Shown here: positions 16,506 through 27,099 of the stretch, in pieces | How the letters are laid out: the number at the start of each line of letters is the position of its first letter | Position numbering within the stretch: position 1 is the first letter of the stretch | NCBI RefSeq assembly: GCF_002310835.1 | Contig: NZ_CP011041.1 | Coordinates: 1,830,001 to 1,862,000, forward strand | DNA from: Pseudoalteromonas tetraodonis | Lineage (GTDB): Bacteria; Pseudomonadota; Gammaproteobacteria; Enterobacterales; Alteromonadaceae | DNA: 32,000 nucleotides | Direction: 5' to 3' | Notes under the pieces: model-generated | What the model was told of the DNA's origin: nothing | Databases searched by the model: none | What the model saw: only the letters and a program-made list of their open reading frames with translations | Position numbers and translations under genes: made by a program

Positions 16506-17171
16506 ATGGCATTTAATCAATCGTACAATACTGCAAAGCCGGTAATGTCGACCATTGAAACAAACAAAGTGCTTAAAAACACTTATTTTCTACTTGCAAT
16601 GACACTTGCATTTAGTGCCGTCACCGCCGGCATTTCAATGGCACTGCAATTACCTTATTTCATGGGACTAGTGTTCACTCTGGTTTCGTTTGGCCTTCTT
16701 TTTGTTGTAAACAAAAAAGCCGACACAGCATCTGGTGTATTTTGGGTGTTTGCGTTTACAGGATTTATGGGAGCTGGTTTAGGCCCACTCCTTAATCACT
16801 ATGCACAATTACCTAATGGCCCTATGCTAATTATGCAAGCGCTAGGTTCTACGGCGTTAATCTTCTTTGGTTTATCTGCTTATGCACTTAACACTAAAAA
16901 AGATTTCTCGTTTATGGGTGGTTTTTTAACTGTGGGCTTAATTGTGGTTATCGTGGCAAGTATTGTAAATATTTTCCTAGGTAGCTCTTTAATGTTTATG
17001 GTACTAAACGCAGCTGTGGTATTAATCATGTCTGGCCTAATTTTGTTCGATACGAGCAGAATCATCAATGGCGGCGAAACGAATTATATCCGCGCAACGG
17101 TTTCTTTATACCTGAGCGTTTATAACTTATTTACGTCTTTACTTGCGTTACTTGGCGCAAATAATGACTAA
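16506..17171 (+). CDS. yccA: BAX inhibitor-1/YccA family membrane protein (FtsH modulator type)
   Basis: 221 aa from the ATG at 16506 (CAGGAG SD); the longest ORF adds 32 aa. It has 7 hydrophobic segments. The neighbourhood serT-yccA-tusE matches E. coli. Confidence 0.85.
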   Translation: MAFNQSYNTAKPVMSTIETNKVLKNTYFLLAMTLAFSAVTAGISMALQLPYFMGLVFTLVSFGLLFVVNKKADTASGVFWVFAFTGFMGAGLGPLLNHYAQLPNGPMLIMQALGSTALIFFGLSAYALNTKKDFSFMGGFLTVGLIVVIVASIVNIFLGSSLMFMVLNAAVVLIMSGLILFDTSRIINGGETNYIRATVSLYLSVYNLFTSLLALLGANND

Positions 17172-17191
17172 TTAAATAGTTCTGTTAAAAT

Positions 17192-17215
17192 AGCCCCTTT
17201 ATTGGGGCTTTTTTA
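17192..17215 (+). terminator. rho-independent terminator after yccA
   Basis: AGCCCC-TTTATT-GGGGCT followed by TTTTT. Confidence 0.6.
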
Positions 17216-17226
17216 TTGGAATAGTT

Positions 17227-17580
17227 TTGGCACGCTTTGTACTTTCTTTACATACTCCACCATCGGATCACGATACCACACAGCGAATTGTTAAATTTGC
17301 TCACGCCTGTTTAGCACAAGGGCATAGTGTTGATGCAATATTTTTATACCAAGATGGTATCTATCATGCTTCAACGCATTTTGAACTTGCCTCAGATGAG
17401 CTCAATTTATCCTCACTTTGGCAGCAGCTAGCCGACAAAAATATTAATTTAATGCTGTGCGTTACCGCAGCTGAAAAGCGTGGCTTAGATATGCAAAATA
17501 CTGGTGTATTCGCTGTAGCAGGCCTCGCTGAATTTGCTATGTTAGCCAGTGAAGCAGATAAATGGATACAATTTAAATGA
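17227..17580 (+). CDS. tusD: sulfurtransferase complex subunit TusD (DsrE family)
   Basis: 117 aa with a TTG start. The N-terminus M-A-RFV and the LCVTAAEKRG region parallel E. coli TusD. Confidence 0.85.
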   Translation: MARFVLSLHTPPSDHDTTQRIVKFAHACLAQGHSVDAIFLYQDGIYHASTHFELASDELNLSSLWQQLADKNINLMLCVTAAEKRGLDMQNTGVFAVAGLAEFAMLASEADKWIQFK

Positions 17581-17933
17581 TTAATGTACTCGTTATTAGT
17601 CAATCAAGTCCATTTGATGACATGCATATTCGCGATGCACTCGATATGACGCTTATTTTTGCCGCAGTTGATCAAAATATAAGTTGGTTGTTTAGCGGTC
17701 CTGCGGTGTTAGCTCTTAAAAAAAATCAAAGCCCGAATAGTTTAGGACTTAAAGATTTTTTTAAAAATATTAAAACCCTAGAAATATATGATGTTGACAA
17801 TATCTACGTGTGTGAGAAGTCACTCATTGACTACGGTTTAAGTAAAAATGAGCTACTTATTGAAGTAAAAACCGTTAACTTTAATGCCCAAAAACAGTTA
17901 ATTCAAAATCAGCAGCACGTGGTAACGCTATGA
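17577..17933 (+). CDS. tusC: sulfurtransferase complex subunit TusC (DsrF family)
   Basis: 118 aa with an ATGA overlap onto tusD and similarity to E. coli TusC. Confidence 0.85.
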   Translation: MINVLVISQSSPFDDMHIRDALDMTLIFAAVDQNISWLFSGPAVLALKKNQSPNSLGLKDFFKNIKTLEIYDVDNIYVCEKSLIDYGLSKNELLIEVKTVNFNAQKQLIQNQQHVVTL

Positions 17934-18196
17934 GCACTTTACATATATTTTCAAAACCGCTGAATTACTACAGTGCAAACAGTCTCGATAATCTGATTAT
18001 GCTAACAGACTCGGTTTTATTAGTGGGTGATGCCTGTTTTGCTAAAGGGCAATACAGGCAATTTGCCGATTCGCTTTATATTTTAAAGGACGATGCAGCG
18101 GCGCGTGGTATCTCTTTAAATTTGAATGATAAAGCGATTAGCTATGATGAGTTCGTTACCCTAAGTTTATCATCTAAACAATCAATTACTTGGTGA
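17930..18196 (+). CDS. tusB: sulfurtransferase complex subunit TusB (DsrH family)
   Basis: 88 aa with an ATGA overlap onto tusC. It shares LHIF..., ARG and a terminal W with E. coli TusB. Confidence 0.8.
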   Translation: MSTLHIFSKPLNYYSANSLDNLIMLTDSVLLVGDACFAKGQYRQFADSLYILKDDAAARGISLNLNDKAISYDEFVTLSLSSKQSITW

Positions 18197-18199
18197 TTT

Positions 18200-18529
18200 A
18201 TGCTGGAATTTAATAATCAAACAATAGACACAGATAAGCAAGGTTACCTGCTAGATCATACTGATTGGTCTAAAGAATTGGCCGATGTTATTGCACAACA
18301 TGAAAGCATTATATTAACCGAACAGCATTGGGAAGTTGTTAACTTTGTGCGCGCATTTTATCTTGAATACAACACCAGCCCGGCAATTAGAATGTTAGTC
18401 AAAGCGATGGCTAAAGCGCTCGGTGAGGATAAAGGTAATAGCATGTACTTGTATAAGCTTTTTCCGAAGGGACCGGCCAAACAAGCGACTAAAATTGCGG
18501 GCTTACCTAAACCTGCACGGTGTATTTAA
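18200..18529 (+). CDS. tusE: sulfurtransferase TusE (DsrC family)
   Basis: 109 aa with a DsrC-like C-terminus carrying the penultimate-region Cys (GLPKPARCI). Confidence 0.85.
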   Translation: MLEFNNQTIDTDKQGYLLDHTDWSKELADVIAQHESIILTEQHWEVVNFVRAFYLEYNTSPAIRMLVKAMAKALGEDKGNSMYLYKLFPKGPAKQATKIAGLPKPARCI

Positions 18530-19206
18530 TGAAACAAAAAGCTAAAAACACGCCACCTTCAACGGGCAAACGTAATACCGGTCGTACATATTCGCGCAGT
18601 GCTGTAAAAAAAAGCCCGATAAAAAGAGCAATTAAGCCGCAGATAGCCCAAAGCGATAAAAAAGTTATTTTATTTAACAAACCTTATGATGTCCTTTGCC
18701 AATTTACAGACGAGCAAAATAGACAAACACTGGCTAATTTTATTCCTATTAAAGATGTTTATGCTGCGGGTCGCTTAGACAGAGATAGTGAAGGCTTGTT
18801 ATTATTGACCAATTGCGGGAAATTACAAAATACCTTAACCGCTCCTGGTAAAAAAACCAACAAAACGTACTGGGTACAAGTTGAGGGGGTGCCTACAGAA
18901 GCATCTATTGATGCGCTAAATAAAGGGGTCGAACTGAAAGATGGATTAACCTTACCTGCACAGGTGAAATTAATCGATGAGCCAGCGCTTTGGCCACGTA
19001 CTCCCCCAGTGAGAGAACGCAAATCAATTCCTACATCTTGGTTGAGTATCACTATAAACGAGGGGAAAAACCGTCAAGTTCGACGAATGACCGCTCATAT
19101 TGGCCATCCTACGCTACGGTTAATTCGCTATAGTATTGGTAAATACACACTCGATGGAATTGAAACAGGCCAATATAAAATCAGTGAACCACCTACAAAC
19201 AGTTAA
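18529..19206 (+). CDS. rluE: 23S rRNA pseudouridine synthase RluE (RsuA/RluE family)
   Basis: Catalytic motif [17 protein letters not shown], plus [16 protein letters not shown] as in E. coli RluE. The ATG at 18529 overlaps the tusE stop (TAATG). It has a basic N-terminal extension. Confidence 0.85.
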   Translation: MKQKAKNTPPSTGKRNTGRTYSRSAVKKSPIKRAIKPQIAQSDKKVILFNKPYDVLCQFTDEQNRQTLANFIPIKDVYAAGRLDRDSEGLLLLTNCGKLQNTLTAPGKKTNKTYWVQVEGVPTEASIDALNKGVELKDGLTLPAQVKLIDEPALWPRTPPVRERKSIPTSWLSITINEGKNRQVRRMTAHIGHPTLRLIRYSIGKYTLDGIETGQYKISEPPTNS

Positions 19207-19219
19207 TACATTACGTTAG

Positions 19220-19249
19220 CCTTTGCTTATCTGATATTGGAAGCAAAGG
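19220..19249. terminator. hairpin between convergent rluE and the diguanylate cyclase gene
   Basis: CCTTTGCTT-12 nt loop-AAGCAAAGG, a perfect 9-bp stem. Flanking T/A tracts are weak. Confidence 0.45.
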
Positions 19250-19263
19250 TTAAACATTTTGTG

Positions 19264-20538
19264 TTATTCATGCCTTCCTAAAGCAATGCAATTTCTGCCC
19301 TGCCTTTTTGCATAATACAGCGCATTATCAGTTGCTTTAAAGAAATCGACATGGTTCGTTTTTTCGCCATGCTTTACAGTATGAACCCCCATACTAACAG
19401 AGAGAAAACCAGTAAAACTATCATCATGAGCTATCGCTAAATCTTCAATAGATTTTTGTATTTGTTCTGCAATAAAGAGTGCACCTTGATTATCTGTTTG
19501 AGGGAGTAAAACAACAAACTCTTCTCCGCCATAGCGCGCTACAAAGTCTTCAGGACGGCTGACTGTTTCTGCTAGCTTTTGCGCTACGCTATGTAAACAC
19601 TTATCCCCTGCAATATGACCATATCTATCATTAAATTTTTTGAAATTATCTATATCAATAATGATCATAGAAAGTTGAGTATTTACTTTTATCAGTTTTT
19701 TAAATTCAGCATGTAATTTTTCGTCAAAACGGCGTCTGTTGGCAATTTTAGTCAATGAGTCTAAAAAGGCCATATCGCTTAGTATCTCTTGGGTTTTCAA
19801 CCGCTCAGTCGCATCGTTAAATACGGCAATAAATTCACTTTCTACACTAATACCTGACACTTGCATTATCACTTTCGAACCATCTTTACATACAATTTGA
19901 TAGTCATTAGCAGGAATATCGTCATTATTTTTATTTGCCTGCGCTAAAGACTGACCCCACATCGTTTGAGCCGACTCTCTATAACTAGGCTCAGGATACG
20001 CGGCTTTCCACCACTGTTTTAAATTAGGGATATCATCAATTGTATAGCCAAATACATCTACAAAGCGTTGATTAAGCTTTAAAATATCGCCGGTTACCAT
20101 ACAAACATTACACACGGGCAAAGGCAAAATAGTAAATAATTTTGCATAATGGCTCAGCTCATGTTTTCGCATTGGATGTTCAGTTGCACTACTAACAAAA
20201 CGCTGCTGTTCAACGTGTTTCATTTCAAGAGAAGCATTCATAGTGGCAACAAAATGCCATTCTAACCACCACTTTTCTAGCTGCTTTAAAATGACTTGTT
20301 GAAAGGGATTAATAAAGTCTAAAGAATGTTCAATGAGTCTAAATAGCGCTGAAATAGGGTTGGGTTCTTCAAAGCGGTAAGGACGAGGAACCCTAATGGT
20401 TTGATAAAACAGTTGGTAAGCTGATTCTTTAACGTTATGTGGTAATTGTTCTGCTACTAAGCAATCATCGCGTTGTAACTTTGTTGATAACTCAACAACG
20501 TAAGATTTTACCTTTTGTGCTTGAGAAGCATAATTCAT
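19264..20538 (-). CDS. diguanylate cyclase (uncharacterised N-terminal region + PAS + GGDEF)
   Basis: 424 aa with active site RYGGEEF. An I-site RPED lies 5 residues upstream. A PAS-like segment spans about residues 135-250. I do not recognise the first 130 or so aa. Confidence 0.9.
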   Translation of the reverse strand: MNYASQAQKVKSYVVELSTKLQRDDCLVAEQLPHNVKESAYQLFYQTIRVPRPYRFEEPNPISALFRLIEHSLDFINPFQQVILKQLEKWWLEWHFVATMNASLEMKHVEQQRFVSSATEHPMRKHELSHYAKLFTILPLPVCNVCMVTGDILKLNQRFVDVFGYTIDDIPNLKQWWKAAYPEPSYRESAQTMWGQSLAQANKNNDDIPANDYQIVCKDGSKVIMQVSGISVESEFIAVFNDATERLKTQEILSDMAFLDSLTKIANRRRFDEKLHAEFKKLIKVNTQLSMIIIDIDNFKKFNDRYGHIAGDKCLHSVAQKLAETVSRPEDFVARYGGEEFVVLLPQTDNQGALFIAEQIQKSIEDLAIAHDDSFTGFLSVSMGVHTVKHGEKTNHVDFFKATDNALYYAKRQGRNCIALGRHE

Positions 20539-20930
20539 ATATTCATTCCATTGACTATATTATAAATACTTATTTGAGTGTTTATTCAATTTAAACTCAT
20601 CTAAAGGTATTGCATAATCATTTGGTTGTAAAGGTTTGTTAATGAACAATAATAAATATATTCTTTGATATTCTATAAACAGTACTAACACCTTAAATAA
20701 ACAACATTTACTCATCATTTATAACTTAAATGAGTGTTTATAATTTAATGGCCTGACATCTTGGACCTGTTGTTCTTTGCAAATTAAAATGTGTTCAAAC
20801 AAAGGGGCTATAATAGCACCGCAAAATGTGTAATCTAATCGACTAAGTAAAAATCGACTAACAAGGAGTAAATCATCCCTAACCAACATAAAAAAAAGCA
20901 ACAAAATCTATTCAATAGCCCTTCCTCTCT

Positions 20931-20959
20931 TTAAGCACTTACAAAATACATGCTATAAT
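20931..20959 (+). promoter_or_regulatory. putative mnmA promoter with extended -10
   Basis: TTAAGC-17 nt-(TGc)TATAAT, with the -10 at 20954..20959, about 47 nt upstream of the mnmA ATG. Confidence 0.45.
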
Positions 20960-21005
20960 CGCGGCCTTTCCAAGTTAACAGTAATCTGTATAAGCGAAAT
21001 TATTC

Positions 21006-22106
21006 ATGAGCGAAAATAGTCACATTAAAGTCATCGTTGGTATGTCCGGCGGTGTTGATTCTTCTGTATCTGCATATTTATTAAAACAACAAGGCTACCA
21101 AGTAGAAGGCTTGTTTATGAAGAACTGGGAAGAAGATGACAATGATGAATATTGCGCTGCCGCTGAAGATTTAAAAGATGCCCAAGCTGTCTGTGACAAA
21201 TTAGGTATTGAACTTCATACCGTTAACTTTGCAGCGGAATACTGGGACAACGTATTCGAATACTTTTTAGCTGAGTACAAAGCTGGTCGCACACCTAACC
21301 CAGACATCATGTGTAACAAAGAAATTAAATTTAAAGCCTTTTTAGAATTTGCGGCTCAAGCACTTGGTGCTGACTTTATAGCAACGGGCCACTACGTGCG
21401 TCGTGAGCTCAGAGATGATAAATATGTTATGTGCCGTGGCCTAGATGATAATAAAGACCAAAGCTACTTTTTGTACACATTGAGTCATGAACATATCGCG
21501 CAAACGCTGTTCCCTGTCGGAGATATTGCCAAGCCAGAAGTGCGCCGTATTGCTGAAGAGCAAGATTTAATTACCCACGATAAAAAAGACAGTACTGGTA
21601 TTTGTTTTATTGGTGAGCGTAAATTTAAAGATTTCTTACAAAAATTCTTACCTGCCCAACCTGGTGTTATTGAAGACACAGATGGTAACAACGTTGGTGA
21701 ACATGAAGGTTTAATGTACCACACCTTAGGTCAGCGCAAAGGCTTGTTAATTGGTGGTATGAAAGAAGGCTCAGGCGAACCTTGGTATGTTGTAGACAAA
21801 GATGTTGAACGCAATGTATTGATTGTGGGCCAAGGTAAAAATCACCCTCGCCTTTACAGTAATGGCCTAAATGCCAACCAATTACACTGGGTAGATCGTG
21901 TCGGTCCTCAAGGTACTACTCGTTGCACCGTAAAAACACGCTACCGTCAAGAAGACCTAAGCTGTACCTTGTTAGTTGGTGAAGATGGTATGGCACGCGT
22001 ATTATTTGATGAGCCACAAAAAGCGGTAACCCCAGGACAATCTGCCGTATTTTACGCTAATGAAGTGTGTTTAGGTGGTGGTATTATTGACTCGGTGATC
22101 AAATAA
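21006..22106 (+). CDS. mnmA: tRNA 2-thiouridine(34) synthase MnmA
   Basis: 366 aa with PP-loop [11 protein letters not shown]. High similarity to E. coli MnmA along the full length. Confidence 0.95.
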   Translation: MSENSHIKVIVGMSGGVDSSVSAYLLKQQGYQVEGLFMKNWEEDDNDEYCAAAEDLKDAQAVCDKLGIELHTVNFAAEYWDNVFEYFLAEYKAGRTPNPDIMCNKEIKFKAFLEFAAQALGADFIATGHYVRRELRDDKYVMCRGLDDNKDQSYFLYTLSHEHIAQTLFPVGDIAKPEVRRIAEEQDLITHDKKDSTGICFIGERKFKDFLQKFLPAQPGVIEDTDGNNVGEHEGLMYHTLGQRKGLLIGGMKEGSGEPWYVVDKDVERNVLIVGQGKNHPRLYSNGLNANQLHWVDRVGPQGTTRCTVKTRYRQEDLSCTLLVGEDGMARVLFDEPQKAVTPGQSAVFYANEVCLGGGIIDSVIK

Positions 22107-22708
22107 TGAATCAACATCAAGTCATGGCGCTTGCTGCCATGTGCCAAGTGGCTAAGCAAGTTCAGAAGGTTGCTCAATATGGTCGCGTTGATGAACAAGA
22201 TTTATCGATTTTATTATCAAGTATTGTGCAAACCTCGCCAGCTTCCCCAGAAGATGTTTATCAAGGTGAGCATAACTTACGTGACGGCTATAAAACATTG
22301 ATGGCACAACTGAGTGCCGGTGCTCAAAAAGATGTAGAAATAGTCAAATATGTAGGTGGTTTAATGCAGTTAGAGCGTGCCCTTAGTGCTAACAGTAAAA
22401 GCCTCAATGAATTAGGTAAACGTATTGATGATATTCATCGTCGTTTAGATCATTTTGCTATTACCGATGACAGTGTTGTTGCCGGTTTAGCAGATATATA
22501 CTCGTCGGTGCTAAGCCCCCTTGGGCACCGAATTCAGGTTTATGGTAAACCCGAGTTATTAAAACAGCAGCTCACGCAAAATAAAATCCGCGCATTACTT
22601 TTAGCCGGAATTCGCAGTGCAGTATTATGGCGACAAATGGGCGGCAAACGTCGTCATTTCTTTTTTGCGAAAAGAAAAATTCTCGCCATAGCTAAAACAA
22701 AAATTTAA
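22106..22708 (+). CDS. hflD: high frequency of lysogenization protein HflD
   Basis: 200 aa with a TAATG overlap onto mnmA. It keeps the conserved mnmA-hflD-purB order, and the N-terminus resembles E. coli HflD. Confidence 0.85.
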   Translation: MNQHQVMALAAMCQVAKQVQKVAQYGRVDEQDLSILLSSIVQTSPASPEDVYQGEHNLRDGYKTLMAQLSAGAQKDVEIVKYVGGLMQLERALSANSKSLNELGKRIDDIHRRLDHFAITDDSVVAGLADIYSSVLSPLGHRIQVYGKPELLKQQLTQNKIRALLLAGIRSAVLWRQMGGKRRHFFFAKRKILAIAKTKI

Positions 22709-22724
22709 TTATCGTTCAAACTAA

Positions 22725-24110
<1,386 letters not shown>

Positions 24111-24132
24111 TCACTCAAATCTACTAATAAAA

Positions 24133-24161
24133 AGCGAAAGGTACCTGCCTTTCGCTTTTTT
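24133..24161 (+). terminator. rho-independent terminator after purB
   Basis: AGCGAAAGG-6 nt loop-CCTTTCGCT followed by TTTTT. Confidence 0.7.
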
Positions 24162-24190
24162 CATTTAGGTCTTAACGTTATAGGCATTCT

Positions 24191-25333
24191 ATGTATCAAT
24201 TAAAAATAAATGAATTATCAGAGCAAGCGTTTTTAAGTCAATATTGGCAAAAAAAACCACTGTTGATCAAAGCTGGTTTTAAAGATTTTCAAGATCCACT
24301 TGATGCGAATGAACTCGCAGGCCTTGCTATGGAAGACAGCATAGAATCGCGCATTATTACTAACCACAATCAACAATGGCAATCGCATCAGGGACCATTT
24401 GACGATTTTGAAATACTCACTGATCAGCACTCGACACTACTCGTGCAAGCAGTGGATCATTGGCACCCAGAAGCTGCTCAGTTACTTGAACCTTTTCGCT
24501 TTATACCTAATTGGCGAATAGATGATTTGATGATCAGCTACTCAACCCCAGGTGGCGGTGTTGGCCCACACTTAGACCAATACGATGTATTTATTATTCA
24601 AGGTGAAGGTAAGCGCCATTGGCGGGTAGGATTACCCGACCCAACACTAAAACAATTTGCTCAAAATAAAACATTACTGCAAGTTGAAGCTTTTAGTGCA
24701 GTAATTGATTGTATTTTGGAGCCCGGTGATATTTTATATATACCACCCGGTTGTCCTCATGAAGGCTATGCGGTTGAAAATGCACTCAACTATTCAGTCG
24801 GTTTTAGAGCACCTAATCAACAAGATTTACTTTCAAGTTTTGCTGATCATATTATCGACACAGAAAGCGGCCAAAAAAGGTATACCGACCATACCCTCGC
24901 CCTACGTGATTCCAAAGGTGAGCTAACCCAAAGCGAAGTCGATAAAGTAAAAACGTTAATGCAAGCATTGCTAGAAGACGAGAGTTTATTTAAACACTGG
25001 TTAGGTAATACCCTTAGCCAACCTAAGCATGATATGGACTTAGCCCCTGAAGAAGACCCATTTAGTGTCGAACAAATACAACAACTGCTTGAGAACCAAG
25101 TAACATTTGAGCGTTTAGGGGGCACACGTGCTATTTATCAATGTATGGATACAGAGTTACTTCTAAGTATCAATGGCGAAAACTACGCTTTACCCTTATC
25201 TGATTTAGAAGCGGTAAAACAGCTTACTGATTTTATTGAATTTGATAGCAGCGTGCTTAATGCAACCACACCTAGCCTAGATTTTATCGAAACTTTTACT
25301 ACACTGGTTAATGAGGGTATTTGGTTTAGCTAG
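24191..25333 (+). CDS. roxA: JmjC/cupin ribosomal protein uL16 arginine hydroxylase (YcfD/RoxA)
   Basis: 380 aa. Strong similarity to the E. coli YcfD N-terminal half (WQKKPLLIK, DELAGLAME, GGGVGPHLDQYDVFIIQGEGKRHWRV). Fe(II) ligands are the HxD motif and a downstream His (CPHEG). Confidence 0.8.
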   Translation: MYQLKINELSEQAFLSQYWQKKPLLIKAGFKDFQDPLDANELAGLAMEDSIESRIITNHNQQWQSHQGPFDDFEILTDQHSTLLVQAVDHWHPEAAQLLEPFRFIPNWRIDDLMISYSTPGGGVGPHLDQYDVFIIQGEGKRHWRVGLPDPTLKQFAQNKTLLQVEAFSAVIDCILEPGDILYIPPGCPHEGYAVENALNYSVGFRAPNQQDLLSSFADHIIDTESGQKRYTDHTLALRDSKGELTQSEVDKVKTLMQALLEDESLFKHWLGNTLSQPKHDMDLAPEEDPFSVEQIQQLLENQVTFERLGGTRAIYQCMDTELLLSINGENYALPLSDLEAVKQLTDFIEFDSSVLNATTPSLDFIETFTTLVNEGIWFS

Positions 25334-25342
25334 GAGGAGGTC

Positions 25343-25801
25343 ATGGTTTATACCGTTGACAAAGTTGATTGGCAAAGTGAAAAAAGTCAACTGCAACATA
25401 TAAGGGAGCGAGTGTTTGTATATGAGTTACATATTCCTAAACGTATTGAGTTTGATAACTTAGATGCACTCGCTCAACATATTCTGGTCACCGATAATAT
25501 GCACTCACCTGTTGCCACAGGTCGATTATGTAATGATGGTTTAATTGGAAGAATCGCCGTATTGCCGCAGCATCGCAACCGCAATGTTTATAAGTCACTG
25601 CTTAATTTCATTGTTAAATTAGCAGCGGAGCAAGGTATTGAAGCAATCAGTATTAATTGTATTTTAAACGAAGTAGAACGATTCAAAAATAATGGGTTTA
25701 CTGTGCAAGGCCACGTCTTTATGGAAGCAGGTATCCCAAGGCAACGTATGCAGTGCCCTATTGCATGCTTTGAAACACGACCATTTACTTTAGTGCATTA
25801 A
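25343..25801 (+). CDS. GNAT family N-acetyltransferase
   Basis: 152 aa with a GNAT motif-A-like segment (IGRIAVLPQHRNRNVYKSLL). AGGAGGAGG SD, 9 nt after the roxA stop. Confidence 0.7.
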   Translation: MVYTVDKVDWQSEKSQLQHIRERVFVYELHIPKRIEFDNLDALAQHILVTDNMHSPVATGRLCNDGLIGRIAVLPQHRNRNVYKSLLNFIVKLAAEQGIEAISINCILNEVERFKNNGFTVQGHVFMEAGIPRQRMQCPIACFETRPFTLVH

Positions 25802-25803
25802 CG

Positions 25804-25832
25804 AAAAAACGAGCCACTTGGCTCGTTTTTTT
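25804..25832. terminator. bidirectional rho-independent terminator between the GNAT gene and alaA
   Basis: AAAAAACGAGCC-ACTT-GGCTCGTTTTTTT. Confidence 0.7.
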
Positions 25833-25834
25833 CT

Positions 25835-27052
25835 TTATTCTTGTCGGTAATCTTTGAAAAAACGCTGCATTTTCATCATTGCACTCGATAAATCATCTTT
25901 ATTAGGTAAGAACACCAATCTAAAATGATCAGGCTCTGGCCAGTTAAAGGCGCGCCCATGTACTAACAATATTTTTTCTGCTTTTAACAAATCAAACATC
26001 ATTTGTTCATCGCTTTTAATATTGAATTTAGCGGTATCCACTTTAGGGAAAGCATAAAGCGCCCCTTTAGGCTTTTTACAACTAATTCCATCAATCGCAT
26101 TTAAGCCGCGCCAAGCAATATCACGTTGCACATATAAACGCCCACCGGGGTCAATTAAGCTATCAATTGACTGAACGCCACCCAATGCTTGCTGAATTGC
26201 ATATTGTGCGGGCACATTGGCACAAAGACGCATTGAGGCAAGAATATCTAAGCCTTTAATTAAATCTGTCATTAATGCGGTGCGACCACTTAACACCATC
26301 CAGCCCATTCTCAGCCCAGCAGCACGGTATGTTTTAGCTAAGCCATTAAAGGTGATGATAGGGAGATCATCGCATAATGAACCAATAGAAGTATGGGTAA
26401 CGCCGTCGTATAGAACTTTCTCGTATATTTCATCGCTTAACAGCAAAAGCTTGTGCTCTCGAGCAATATTGATCAACTCTTCAAGTAAAGCGTCACTGTA
26501 CACAGCCCCAGTTGGGTTGTTGGGATTAATCAGCACTAATGCTTTGGTTTTAGAGGTGATTTTACTCTTAATATCATCAATGTCAGGAAACCAATCTTGC
26601 TCTTCATCACACAAGTAGTGAACCGGATTACCACCTGCTAATTTTACCGAGGCTGTCCAAAGGGGATAATCTGGAGCAGGAATTAACACTTCATCATCAT
26701 TATTCAACAGTGCTTGAGTAACCATTTGGATAAGCTCACTCACACCGTTGCCAATGTAAATATTATCAACGTCTAAATTGTGTAAGCCACGCTGTTGGTA
26801 GTGCTGATAAATAGCAACCCGCGCAGAATAAAGACCTTTAGAGTCACAGTATCCTTGAGCTGAATATAAATTACGAATGATATCGCGATGCATATCTTCT
26901 GGCATATCAAAGCCAAATGCGGCGGGGTTACCTATATTAAGCTTTAATACCTTTTGGCCCTCATCCTCCATTTTTTTAGCTTGCACTAAAACGGGACCTC
27001 GGATGTCATAACAGACGCCGTCTAATTTATGACTCTTTTTTATTTCTGACAT
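25835..27052 (-). CDS. alaA: glutamate-pyruvate (alanine) aminotransferase, PLP-dependent
   Basis: 405 aa. The N-terminus KKSHKLDGVCYDIRGPVLVQAKKMEDEGQKVLKLNIGNPAAFGF closely parallels E. coli AlaA (YfbQ). Confidence 0.9.
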   Translation of the reverse strand: MSEIKKSHKLDGVCYDIRGPVLVQAKKMEDEGQKVLKLNIGNPAAFGFDMPEDMHRDIIRNLYSAQGYCDSKGLYSARVAIYQHYQQRGLHNLDVDNIYIGNGVSELIQMVTQALLNNDDEVLIPAPDYPLWTASVKLAGGNPVHYLCDEEQDWFPDIDDIKSKITSKTKALVLINPNNPTGAVYSDALLEELINIAREHKLLLLSDEIYEKVLYDGVTHTSIGSLCDDLPIITFNGLAKTYRAAGLRMGWMVLSGRTALMTDLIKGLDILASMRLCANVPAQYAIQQALGGVQSIDSLIDPGGRLYVQRDIAWRGLNAIDGISCKKPKGALYAFPKVDTAKFNIKSDEQMMFDLLKAEKILLVHGRAFNWPEPDHFRLVFLPNKDDLSSAMMKMQRFFKDYRQE

Positions 27053-27099
27053 TGTTACCTCTAAAGAGCAAGTTAGCCATTAGACTAACGCAGTAAAGC

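Noticed and set aside
16880-19052. Minus-strand ORFs 16880..17068, 17364..17603 and 18759..19052
   Set aside because: They are antisense to yccA, tusD/tusC and rluE respectively, with no motifs or SD.
20575-20741. 11-bp direct repeat TGAGTGTTTAT at 20575..20585 and 20731..20741
   Set aside because: In a 467-bp AT-rich region, a single 11-mer recurrence is roughly what chance predicts by my rough estimate. The flanks do not extend the match.
20719-20904. 61-aa minus-strand ORF in the diguanylate cyclase-mnmA intergenic region
   Set aside because: It has no SD and a hydrophobic, low-information sequence. It overlaps promoter-like elements and is most likely a chance ORF in AT-rich DNA.
20863-20935. 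AAGGAG followed by a possible 21-codon peptide starting at ATC
   Set aside because: It would require a non-canonical ATC start, and nothing else in the sequence supports it.
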